From the sequence record CP124586.1: DNA of 9,675 bases. The stretch is one strand, 5' to 3'. Made by a program: the position numbers and the translations under genes. Shown here one piece after another: positions 1 to 6,400 of this stretch. The DNA comes from a plasmid. The notes beneath the pieces are model-generated. The model ran no database searches and was not told where the DNA came from. It saw only the letters and a list, made by a program, of their open reading frames with translations. Position 1 is the first letter of the stretch, and every line of letters starts with the position of its first letter.

Positions 1-618
1 ATGTTCACATTTTTATATTATGTCATCCCTATATGTATCGTTATTTTATGTTTATTCGTAATCCTCTTCTGGTTTGGAAGTCAGGAAGACCATCTCAGAT
101 CATTACGATTCACAGTGCCTTTATCACTGATGATTTTCATCATCGGTATCACCATCAGTACGTGGACACCTTTATCTCCGTTACCGTTTTACCAGCAACA
201 TCTCCATGTTCAAAAAGTTAATGAACAGTACAAAGTAGCTGAAAGATATTTGGATAATTTGATGAATAAAGGATTTTTAGATTTCAACACAACCGTAAAA
301 AAACATGTAACCCATCGTCATTTTTCAGTCGCTCAACAGAAAATCAATCGAATTGATGATCGTGAGAAACGAAAAGCACTCATGAATAAACATAGCGAGT
401 ATTTAGCCATCTATGAACAGCGTATTGGTGACAATCTTATTCAGCAAATTCAACTTGAACATCTCAGTGTGTCTGAATACAGTCAGCTGACAGCACAAGA
501 TTATGACAACGTGCGTTATCAGATTCGACAACAGATTCAAGATGCACAGACAGAAAAATATTTTCTCGAACGTGTTCAGAAACTACAGAAAGAGCACGAT
601 ACACTTTATTCACAATGA
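1..618 (+). CDS. Hypothetical membrane protein: N-terminal two hydrophobic helices, C-terminal Q/E/R-rich coiled-coil domain. May be 5'-truncated by the window edge.
   Basis: Long ORF from position 1. Hydrophobic segments are YYVIPICIVILCLFVILFWF and LSLMIFIIGITISTW. The C-terminal half is heptad-like and charged. No recognisable catalytic motif. Confidence 0.45.
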   Translation: MFTFLYYVIPICIVILCLFVILFWFGSQEDHLRSLRFTVPLSLMIFIIGITISTWTPLSPLPFYQQHLHVQKVNEQYKVAERYLDNLMNKGFLDFNTTVKKHVTHRHFSVAQQKINRIDDREKRKALMNKHSEYLAIYEQRIGDNLIQQIQLEHLSVSEYSQLTAQDYDNVRYQIRQQIQDAQTEKYFLERVQKLQKEHDTLYSQ

Positions 619-621
619 TAA

Positions 622-1461
622 CTAGATGACAGCATTATAGACAAAATAATGTTGTCCAATATACTCACGTAAAATACCGATATAGTAGGCTCTGTCATTT
701 TTAATCTTAGATGCCAGTCCATTAAATTCTTTTTTCTTCGCTTTAACAAGAGATTGTATCGCATAAATCATGATTTCAATGTGATCTTCCGTGTCATAGA
801 TATTGTTACCGATGGTTTCTTTTAGCATTGTTTTATACAGAGACAGAATTTCTTCATCACTAAAGAAAGGCTTTGCGACGTTGTAAATTGCGTCAGGCAC
901 TTCCATCGGTTTGACACGGATATCTGAGTTTTTAATGTTGTGATATAAAACTTTAGCATGTGTTTTATTTAAACGTTTCTTGTTACTTAAAAAGATATTT
1001 AATAGATTTAAAAAGAATATAGTTTCCTTTTTTGCGTGAACATGTTGTAACGCCTGTTGTGATAGCTCTTTTCCGCTCTTAATGACCTTATTAAGCGTGG
1101 ACATTTTAGCGTGGACATTTTTTTCTCGGATGACTTCATATTGTGTATAGGTATTGATTCTAAAGACTAATGCGCCGTTATTCATACGTTTGCCACTAAC
1201 CGTATGAATTTTAGTGATATAACCTTTTTCATCAAGATTTTTTAAAGTGCGATAGACTGTTTTCTTACTGATATGTAGAAGGTCTGCGATGGTCTGAAGT
1301 TTTAAATGAGAAAAACCAATCACTTTTAAGCTGTGTTGTTTTAATACGTTTAAAACACGGTATTCAGTCTCTTTAAGGTGACGATTATATCTTTCAACCG
1401 TACGATCCATTGCGATGATTGTTTCAAAATTATTTTCAAAGTCGTTCATGATGTAAGTCAT
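622..1461 (-). CDS. Plasmid replication-initiator-like winged-HTH protein (Rep-like; family not resolved). Probable start is the ATG at 1459-1461 (MTYIMNDFENNFE...). The ORF-track N-terminal extension to 1548 is probably non-coding leader.
   Basis: Contains an wHTH segment (LKLQTIADLLHISKKTVYRTLKNLDEKGYITKI) typical of firmicute plasmid initiators and MarR-like proteins. An AAAGGA Shine-Dalgarno lies 9 nt upstream of the ATG at 1461. Length is about 279 aa. The gene sits next to a hairpin-rich non-coding region (1549-1960). Confidence 0.45.
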   Translation of the reverse strand: MTYIMNDFENNFETIIAMDRTVERYNRHLKETEYRVLNVLKQHSLKVIGFSHLKLQTIADLLHISKKTVYRTLKNLDEKGYITKIHTVSGKRMNNGALVFRINTYTQYEVIREKNVHAKMSTLNKVIKSGKELSQQALQHVHAKKETIFFLNLLNIFLSNKKRLNKTHAKVLYHNIKNSDIRVKPMEVPDAIYNVAKPFFSDEEILSLYKTMLKETIGNNIYDTEDHIEIMIYAIQSLVKAKKKEFNGLASKIKNDRAYYIGILREYIGQHYFVYNAVI

Positions 1462-1688
1462 TGTGATCATTCCTTTTTTAGATTTTAGGAACGAAAAAAG
1501 AGTACACGCCGGTCTTTTCCATGGCATGCACTCTATGACTTTTATCATATATGATGTTTCCTTAAATCATTCTTTCGATTTGTTTTATTGAAAACTGTTT
1601 AAAAATCGGGTATGATTAAAACATAATCTTATAAGAAGAGTTTAAGGAACATTCTAAAGTGTTTGCCGATGTTAGGGATCGGTAAGCG

Positions 1689-1717
1689 ATTAATAACTGT
1701 TTGCAGCAGTTATTAAT
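1689..1717. repeat. 11-bp perfect inverted repeat ATTAATAACTG / CAGTTATTAAT with a 7-nt loop, in the region upstream of the Rep-like gene.
   Basis: Read directly from the sequence. Possible operator or hairpin. Confidence 0.5.
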
Positions 1718-1770
1718 GCTGAATGTTCTTTTTACGTTCAATTAAGTTATTTAAATTGTATAACTAATGA

Positions 1771-1824
1771 AAAAAAATAGCAAATCAAAATGGAAAACTT
1801 TCCATTTTGATTTGCTTATTTTTG
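1771..1824. terminator. Bidirectional rho-independent terminator. The stem is 18 bp perfect (AGCAAATCAAAATGGAAA / TTTCCATTTTGATTTGCT) with a 2-nt loop, an A7 run on the 5' side and TATTTTTG on the 3' side.
   Basis: Perfect 18-bp stem flanked by an A-run and a T-run. It lies downstream of the minus-strand toxin/immunity operon. Confidence 0.75.
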
Positions 1825-1877
1825 AGTTGAATTATTTCATAGCATAAAAGATTCTATTAAATCTAGTCTGGATTTGT

Positions 1878-1913
1878 GACATCATCAAAATACTTAAGTA
1901 TTTTGATGATGTC
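1878..1913. repeat. 36-bp perfect palindrome GACATCATCAAAATACTT|AAGTATTTTGATGATGTC with no spacer and no adjacent U-tract. Candidate protein-binding or recombination site, or a cruciform.
   Basis: Exact 18+18 bp reverse-complement symmetry read from the sequence. The lack of a T-run argues against a simple terminator. Confidence 0.6.
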
Positions 1914-1961
1914 TAACGGCTAGTATGTTCTTTTTCATCAGTATAAACCACTTCTGTGTAA

Positions 1962-2458
1962 TTAAATAAAATTATTTTCTTCTAAACATTCCAAATAAAA
2001 TTGATAATCTAAATTATTTATATTAGTGTCTAAATTCTTAGGAGGAATATAACAAAATAAATGACTAACTAATTTTTGTGCAGGACCATAAACTTTATAA
2101 TTTGAGACATTTTGTCCATCATTAGATTCTAAAACAATAGATATACCTTTTCCAGCATTATGTTTCGCGATTAATGTGTCGTAATCAAAATTAGACGACA
2201 TTTCAGAAGTATAATCTTCATCATCAATAGCAAATGAATCTACTATTTTATTTAAAATATTATGATTGTCTATGTGGAATAGTTTATAAATATTTTTTCG
2301 TTAACTTCATCATCATTAGTGTAATCTTCTATATCAATTGAATATAAAGGAATTTCAAAAGCTTTATATTTATCCATTAAAATTTTTTCTATATTCTTTT
2401 TATCGTTAGATAATTTAGCGATCTTTTTGTATTTACTGTTCAATTCTTTATAATCCAT
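1962..2458 (-). pseudogene. Acidic immunity-like protein gene split by a frameshift in an A6/T6 homopolymer (+strand 2293-2298). The two ORFs (62 aa at 2270-2458 and 79 aa at 1962-2201) are contiguous. The second frame stays open back to 2300 and overlaps the end of the first.
   Basis: A strong RBS (AAGGAGA, 6 nt spacing) sits before the ATG at 2458. The frame of the 79-aa ORF is open upstream to 2300 without a start codon and overlaps the C-terminus of the 62-aa ORF by about 10 codons. Joined by a -1 or +1 shift in the A6 tract they give an approximately 160-aa D/E-rich protein. It lies 13 nt downstream of a basic toxin-like ORF. Confidence 0.5.
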
Positions 2459-2475
2459 CTAAATTCTCCTTTTAA

Positions 2476-3108
2476 TTACTGAGCTTTACCATAAAAAGAA
2501 TGCATTTTTGGGGTGCGTTTATAAGGATGATAATGAAAATATTTACCTTTCCTATTTTGATCTATTTCATGGATTGGTAAACCATTTTTATTTGCTCCTC
2601 TAGCTACTTCTTTAGCTTGATTCTTAGATACTGACCAGACATCTTTCTTTGATTTTGCACGCTTAATAGCATTTGTTCTAGACAAACCACTTCCAAGATA
2701 TAGTTTATAATCCTTTAACACAGCTCTATAGTGGTTATATTTTCTCTTTGGTGACTTCATAATAGAAGCGATTGATTTTGCTGCAGCCACCATTCTTTGT
2801 CCTTCTACTACAATAAAATAAGCAGCTGTGACTGATAATATTATTTCAACACCAGATGCAACTAAGATTGGTATTGCAGGAGCAACATTATTATGAACAC
2901 TAGCTGTTTGTACTATAGTCGAATCTTTGGTCTGTGTATTTGTTAAGTTTGCATATGTATTATCATTCGAATCAGCGATAACATCAGCATCAAATGTTTG
3001 AACTTTATTATCTACGAGACTTTTAACATCAAAATCTCCTTTTACTATATCATAATCAAAATGTGCAATAGCACCATTTGACTCTGTTATGGAATTTTTA
3101 AGGTAACT
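2476..3108 (-). CDS. Start-less C-terminal fragment of a larger protein. It has a D/T/Q-rich segment, one hydrophobic helix (VAPAIPILVASGVEIILSVTAAYFIVV) and a very basic 100-aa C-terminal domain (K/R-rich, with a ...GKYFHYHPYKRTPKMH... motif). The first ATG is at 2793, which would give a 105-aa product. Candidate orphan toxin C-terminal module.
   Basis: Manual translation shows the frame open from the stop at 3109-3111 down to 2476, with no ATG, GTG or TTG before the codon at 2791-2793. That codon has a plausible AAGGA RBS. The basic ORF is followed tightly by an acidic ORF with a strong RBS, the typical toxin-immunity arrangement. The integrase stop codon lies only 30 bp upstream of the open frame. 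Confidence 0.45.
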   Translation of the reverse strand, partial: SYLKNSITESNGAIAHFDYDIVKGDFDVKSLVDNKVQTFDADVIADSNDNTYANLTNTQTKDSTIVQTASVHNNVAPAIPILVASGVEIILSVTAAYFIVVEGQRMVAAAKSIASIMKSPKRKYNHYRAVLKDYKLYLGSGLSRTNAIKRAKSKKDVWSVSKNQAKEVARGANKNGLPIHEIDQNRKGKYFHYHPYKRTPKMHSFYGKAQ

Positions 3109-3117
3109 TTAAGGTTT
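3097..3117. repeat. Tandem TTTAAGGTAAC / TTTAAGGTTTG repeat at the junction between the recombinase gene's 3' end and the truncated toxin-like ORF. It carries the 10-mer TTTAAGGTTT that recurs at 3841, 3881 (inverted) and 4381 (inverted).
   Basis: Exact motif matches read from the sequence. Four copies of a GC-containing 9-10-mer within 1.3 kb of AT-rich DNA is far above chance. Confidence 0.55.
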
Positions 3118-3140
3118 GCAAATTTAATTAAAGATTATTT

Positions 3141-3710
3141 TTATACCTTATATAAATTTTCCATGGTATTACTGATAGATTCGTTCATCATATCCTGGTT
3201 AATTCCAATGTATTTCAGTGTTACATACTGAGAAGAATGATTAAATAGATTCATCAACAAAGCAATATCCTTCGTTTTCTTGTAGTAGTGGTAACCAAAG
3301 GTCTTACGCATCGAATGTGTTCCGATTTCACTTAAACCGATTGATTTAGCTGAATGATTCAGGATTCTATAAGCCTGTACACGACTGATGGGTTTACTTT
3401 TGCCCTCAGAATCGAGTTTATTGCTTTTAAACAGATAATCTTCATCCTCCAGGAACTGAATATAACGATCGATATCCTCCTTTAGATGATAAAGGGGGAT
3501 TTGTTTTTGTTTACGGGTTTTCTGCTCTCTTAATTTTATTATATAATCTTTAATATCTTTTTTCTTCAGTCCCAACATATCGCTCACTCTCAGGCCACAG
3601 TTAATTCCGAGATTAAACAGAAAAACGTCGCGTTCCGATCCATAGTAAGCGAGCGCCTCTTTCATCTCCTGTATCTTTTTCACGTCTCGAATCGGTTCTA
3701 CGCTGTTCAT
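3141..3710 (-). CDS. Small tyrosine site-specific recombinase, about 189 aa, consisting of the catalytic domain only (FimB/FimE-size).
   Basis: The catalytic signature is present: GLRVSD (box I Arg), HSMRKTFGYH (H-x-x-R) and NHSSQYVTLKYIG (His/Tyr nucleophile region). An AGGAG RBS lies 9 nt upstream of the ATG at 3708-3710; the GTG at 3719 is an alternative start. No N-terminal core-binding domain is encoded, because a stop occurs at 3753 and non-coding repeats lie upstream. Confidence 0.85.
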   Translation of the reverse strand: MNSVEPIRDVKKIQEMKEALAYYGSERDVFLFNLGINCGLRVSDMLGLKKKDIKDYIIKLREQKTRKQKQIPLYHLKEDIDRYIQFLEDEDYLFKSNKLDSEGKSKPISRVQAYRILNHSAKSIGLSEIGTHSMRKTFGYHYYKKTKDIALLMNLFNHSSQYVTLKYIGINQDMMNESISNTMENLYKV

Positions 3711-3783
3711 CCAAATCACTCCTATATGATACGTATAATGTACGTATTGATATCACTATGATACATTATTTCAGGCATAAAAA

Positions 3784-3808
3784 TAAACCCCTTTTGTGCT
3801 GGGGTTTT
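3784..3808. terminator. GC hairpin AAACCCC-TTTTGTGCT-GGGGTTT with U-runs on both sides. Bidirectional terminator or insulator between the recombinase gene and the small +strand cassette.
   Basis: A 7-bp G/C-rich stem flanked by AAATAAA on one side and TTTTGT on the other. Confidence 0.55.
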
Positions 3809-3810
3809 GT

Positions 3811-3838
3811 ATGTAACATAATTCCTATTGTGTTACAT
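3811..3838. repeat. Lox-like palindromic site A: ATGTAACATAA-TTCCTAT-TGTGTTACAT (11-7-10).
   Basis: Shares the 13-mer ATGTAACATAATT with site B at 4248-4277. Has the inverted-arm architecture typical of tyrosine-recombinase core sites. Confidence 0.55.
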
Positions 3839-3895
3839 TATTTAAGGTTTAAATATTGAAAAAAACATTTTACTATATTTAAACCTTAAATAATG
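3836..3895. repeat. Perfect 21-bp inverted repeat CATTATTTAAGGTTTAAATAT ... ATATTTAAACCTTAAATAATG separated by 18 bp. The arms contain the TTTAAGGTTT motif and are flanked outside by ATGTAA(C)A-type half-sites.
   Basis: Exact reverse-complement match over 21 bp. Located between the recombinase gene and the promoter of the small ORF. Confidence 0.7.
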
Positions 3896-3920
3896 TAAAT
3901 AATATAAAAGTAATTTCTAT

Positions 3921-3949
3921 TTGACTAAGTTACAAAAAAAGTATATATT
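3921..3949 (+). promoter_or_regulatory. Sigma-A-type promoter TTGACT-N17-TATATT driving the 67-aa ORF.
   Basis: Near-consensus -35 and -10 with 17-bp spacing, about 30 bp upstream of the RBS (AATGAGGT) of the ORF at 3978. Confidence 0.6.
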
Positions 3950-3977
3950 GAACAAAAAATAAAATGAGGTTTATACA

Positions 3978-4181
3978 ATGGATATCATATGGTTAATTGT
4001 TTTTTGTCTAATAATTATCTGGGTTACAATTACAATAGGGCTTTTCATTAGAAGATTGTTAAATAATATGAAGCAGAGAACAAAAAGTAGAATTGAATTA
4101 GAAGCACTGCAGAAGAAAGAACTTGAGAAAAGAATTGAAATATTGGAGCAACAATTGGCAGAGAGAGATAATAAACTTTAA
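3978..4181 (+). CDS. Small bitopic membrane protein (67 aa): N-terminal transmembrane helix plus C-terminal charged coiled-coil (ELEALQKKELEKRIEILEQQLAERDNKL).
   Basis: Good RBS (GAGGT, 8 nt). Has its own promoter and a strong terminator. Function unknown. Confidence 0.6.
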   Translation: MDIIWLIVFCLIIIWVTITIGLFIRRLLNNMKQRTKSRIELEALQKKELEKRIEILEQQLAERDNKL

Positions 4182-4205
4182 AAGATCTGGAGAGATCTCA
4201 GATTG

Positions 4206-4246
4206 AAGACAAACTCACAATTCTAAAAGTGAGTTTGTCTTTTTTG
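4206..4246 (+). terminator. Rho-independent terminator: 13-bp perfect stem AAGACAAACTCAC / GTGAGTTTGTCTT, 10-nt loop, then T6.
   Basis: Read from the sequence immediately after the stop of the 67-aa ORF. Confidence 0.85.
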
Positions 4247-4247
4247 T

Positions 4248-4277
4248 CATGTAACATAATTACCATTATGTTACATG
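4248..4277. repeat. Lox-like palindromic site B: CATGTAACATAAT-TACC-ATTATGTTACATG (13-bp perfect arms; can also be read as 11-8-11).
   Basis: Perfect inverted arms. Shares ATGTAACATAATT with site A 437 bp upstream. The two sites bracket the small-ORF cassette. Confidence 0.6.
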
Positions 4278-4642
4278 AATTTTTAAAGAGACGCACTATT
4301 CAATTAAAAGTATAATAATAGAATTCTAATTGATTATTATAGCTGTAGACTAAATAGACGAATGAAGCGAATGATTGTACAACCTTAAATTTTTAAAAAT
4401 TCAGTAATAAATAGAATTATTACGGTATACTGAAAAAATAAATTATAGAGGTGATAAAATATAAATATAATGAAACATTATACTAATTACTTTAATTTTA
4501 TCTAAAGAAATATCCATTATTTAAAAATAAAGTAGTGTCATGGAAGAAAGTGAGATTTCAATGGCTAAGAAAAAAGAAAGGAATAGTGAAGTAATCTATT
4601 CAACATCGAAGGAAATTGTCATCAATATCGCGAGGTGAAAGT

Positions 4643-4858
4643 ATGACCTATAAATTTTATAAGATTTTGACTAGTCTAATTATTATTAGCTTTTTATTTA
4701 TCTTTCATTATTATTTAGCAAGTACAATGCATGAAGGAGTGGATAGACCTCTATGGATTTATTTTTTAAATCCAATAATTGCTATCATTCTGTATATTAT
4801 TTTTACAACTTTAGGTGAAAAAATTTATAAGAAGGAAGATGATAACCGTGACAAATAA
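4643..4858 (+). CDS. Small two-transmembrane-helix membrane protein (about 71 aa). Probable start is the ATG at 4643 with a GAGGTGA RBS; the ORF-track TTG at 4616 is less likely.
   Basis: Hydrophobic helices LTSLIIISFLFIFHYYL and IIAIILYIIFTTL. A strong SD lies 5 nt upstream of the ATG at 4643. Overlaps the start of the downstream secreted-protein gene by about 10-20 nt. Confidence 0.55.
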   Translation: MTYKFYKILTSLIIISFLFIFHYYLASTMHEGVDRPLWIYFLNPIIAIILYIIFTTLGEKIYKKEDDNRDK

Positions 4859-5531
4859 GACTAATTTATTAATTACTACCACAGTAGCAGTTTCTTTATT
4901 AACTTCTACTTTTATATCCCCATTAAAAGCAAATGCTGAAGCATAACAATCTGTAAAAAGTCAAAATTTTTCTGTTGATAATATAACATATACAAACGAT
5001 AAGATTATTATGGAAGATGGTTCAGAAGTGAAATACGGCACTAATTATAATATAGTAACTGATGAAAAGAAAAATGATACTTATAAATTGGTATTAGATT
5101 CAGCTAATAAAAGAATTGTAGTAACAAATTTGAAGAATGGTATTGTTTCATATAAGAAATTAACTACTGAAGTGGTTATAGAAGAGCCTTCTCAATTACG
5201 AAAAGATGATATTGAAATTGACGGACGCTTAAGCTCAAGTACGGATGAAAAGAAAATTTTATCTCGAGCAGCAGCAGGGCCACCAGCAGGATCAGTAGAT
5301 GGTTATAAATATGTGAGAACCACAAAGCATTCTTTAGAAAATGATGTTAATAATACAACTTTATTAATAGGTTTAATGATAACAGGAGGAAATATAGCTG
5401 CAGGAACGACTGCAAAAGCAGCTGCAAAAGATTTATTAAAACCTATTGCAGCCTATATAATAGGCAGTAAATTACCGAAAGTCTATTGGAAAGAAAGATT
5501 ATACTCTAAAAGTAAAAGAATTGATAATTAA
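4839..5531 (+). pseudogene. Secreted protein gene interrupted by an in-frame TAA (4944-4946) directly after a Sec-type signal peptide (M-ITVTNKTNLLITTTVAVSLLTSTFISPLKANA|EA*). The same frame continues into the 173-aa ORF at 5010-5531, whose C-terminal region is Gly/Ala-rich and hydrophobic (LLIGLMITGGNIAAGTTAKAAAKDLLKPIAAYIIG).
   Basis: Manual translation: the ATG at 4839 or GTG at 4848 (with a GGAAG SD) opens frame 0 and encodes a canonical n-h-c signal peptide ending in AXA. A TAA at 4944 follows. The frame is identical to that of the annotated ORF at 5010, whose own ATG lacks an SD. Confidence 0.45.
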
Positions 5532-5571
5532 AATACAGAATACATCAGTATGTTTTCTTCTGTATTTTTTA
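5532..5571 (+). terminator. Rho-independent terminator: stem AATACAGAA / TTCTGTATT enclosing an inner hairpin, then T5.
   Basis: Directly follows the stop at 5529-5531. Also serves the 3' end of the convergent HTH gene region. Confidence 0.6.
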
Positions 5572-5661
5572 TTATAATAAATACATTGATGAAAATTTTT
5601 TTGATATTTCCAATTGGTGTTTCAATTCCAATATCTTCACTCCTATAATCCTATATAAAAA

Positions 5662-6216
5662 CTATTTTTTAAACCATTTGCTTAAAAATCCTTTTTTATT
5701 CCTATCATCGCTATTTTTTAGTTCATTATACACTTTATCGTTTATATTCACTGTTTGTGCTTCTATAACATCTTCTTTAATCTCATTCAATTCTATCTCT
5801 AATGCTTTTATCTTTTTATTTGACTGCAATTGTAAAGACTGTTGTTGGGATAAAAGTGTTTGTTGCTGTTTTAATAAACCATTTAAATTATTAACCTGAT
5901 TAATATATTCATTTTTATCTTTTTTTAGATCTTCTATTTGTTGTTTTAGTATTTCGACCAAATCATCATTTCTAGAATCTTTTTCTTCTGTTTGACTATC
6001 TGATACATTAACATCTTCTAGATTCTTATTAATCATACTATTTACTTGTTTGTTCTTATTTATACGCTGAGAGATTAAATCTGCCTGTCTATCATCAATT
6101 TGTATCACATTATCTATTTTTTTTAATTCTAAATCTAATGCTTTCGCATTATTTGTGATAGTTGCTTTAGTAACTTCTAACTTATCTGCTAACTGTTTAA
6201 CTGTATAATTCATCAT
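5662..6216 (-). CDS. DNA-binding protein with an N-terminal MerR/excisionase-like HTH (YTVKQLADKLEVTKATITNNAKAL) and a long C-terminal Q/N/K-rich coiled-coil. Resembles plasmid Rep-associated (DUF536-like) proteins of Firmicute plasmids.
   Basis: HTH motif at residues 4-27. GGAG RBS 7 nt upstream of the ATG. Heptad-rich C-terminus. A palindrome array lies in its promoter region. Confidence 0.5.
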   Translation of the reverse strand: MMNYTVKQLADKLEVTKATITNNAKALDLELKKIDNVIQIDDRQADLISQRINKNKQVNSMINKNLEDVNVSDSQTEEKDSRNDDLVEILKQQIEDLKKDKNEYINQVNNLNGLLKQQQTLLSQQQSLQLQSNKKIKALEIELNEIKEDVIEAQTVNINDKVYNELKNSDDRNKKGFLSKWFKK

Positions 6217-6243
6217 TTAACTACTCCATTTCAATTATGCAGT

Positions 6244-6400
6244 GATAAGTACATCTATGTACATAAAAATTAATATTCATTATGTACTTATTATGCGCTA
6301 TACAATAACAATTATATGCCATTAACCACTTAGACTATGTACTATTCACCGGATATATTATGTAGATAGATTATGCACCTTTATGTACTCTTATCCATCT
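6244..6400. repeat. Array of at least 7 copies of the palindromic core (T)ATGTAC(AT) and variants (TATGCAC, TATGTAG, TATGCGC), spaced about 10-25 bp apart. Candidate operator or iteron array between the divergent HTH and Hfq-like genes.
   Basis: Copies start at about 6246 (inverted), 6256, 6281, 6292, 6336, 6359, 6372 and 6382. The core ATGTACAT is self-complementary. Confidence 0.55.

Noticed and set aside
33-221. 62-aa +strand ORF
   Set aside because: It lies entirely inside the longer frame of ORF1 in another frame, with no RBS, so it is an overlap artefact.
1462-1548. N-terminal extension (MIKVIECMPWKRPACT...) of the Rep-like ORF
   Set aside because: No SD precedes the ATG at 1546-1548, whereas AAAGGA is well placed for the ATG at 1461. 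The extension looks like leader sequence rather than coding.
4282-4540. AT-rich intergenic stretch with an 11-aa mini-ORF (MKHYTNYFNFI) and a possible promoter (TATACT)
   Set aside because: The SD is 15 nt from the ATG and the -35 is poor. It is probably just AT-rich spacer. It does contain one more copy of AACCTTAAAT at 4381, which is included in the repeat finding.
4540-4638. 32-aa ORF (MEESEISMAKKKERNSEVIYSTSKEIVINIAR) upstream of the 2-TM gene
   Set aside because: It has no convincing RBS and overlaps the real RBS of the downstream gene. A leader peptide cannot be excluded, but support is weak.
4616-4642. TTG start giving the 80-aa version of the 2-TM protein
   Set aside because: The internal ATG at 4643 has a strong, correctly spaced GAGGTGA SD, whereas the TTG has none.
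5678-5899. 73-aa +strand ORF
   Set aside because: It is antisense to the well-supported HTH/coiled-coil gene, with Cys-rich low-complexity composition and no RBS.
6244-6400. Possible CRISPR-like array
   Set aside because: The repeats are short (8-10 bp), irregularly spaced and palindromic, with no uniform spacers. They are operator- or iteron-like rather than CRISPR.
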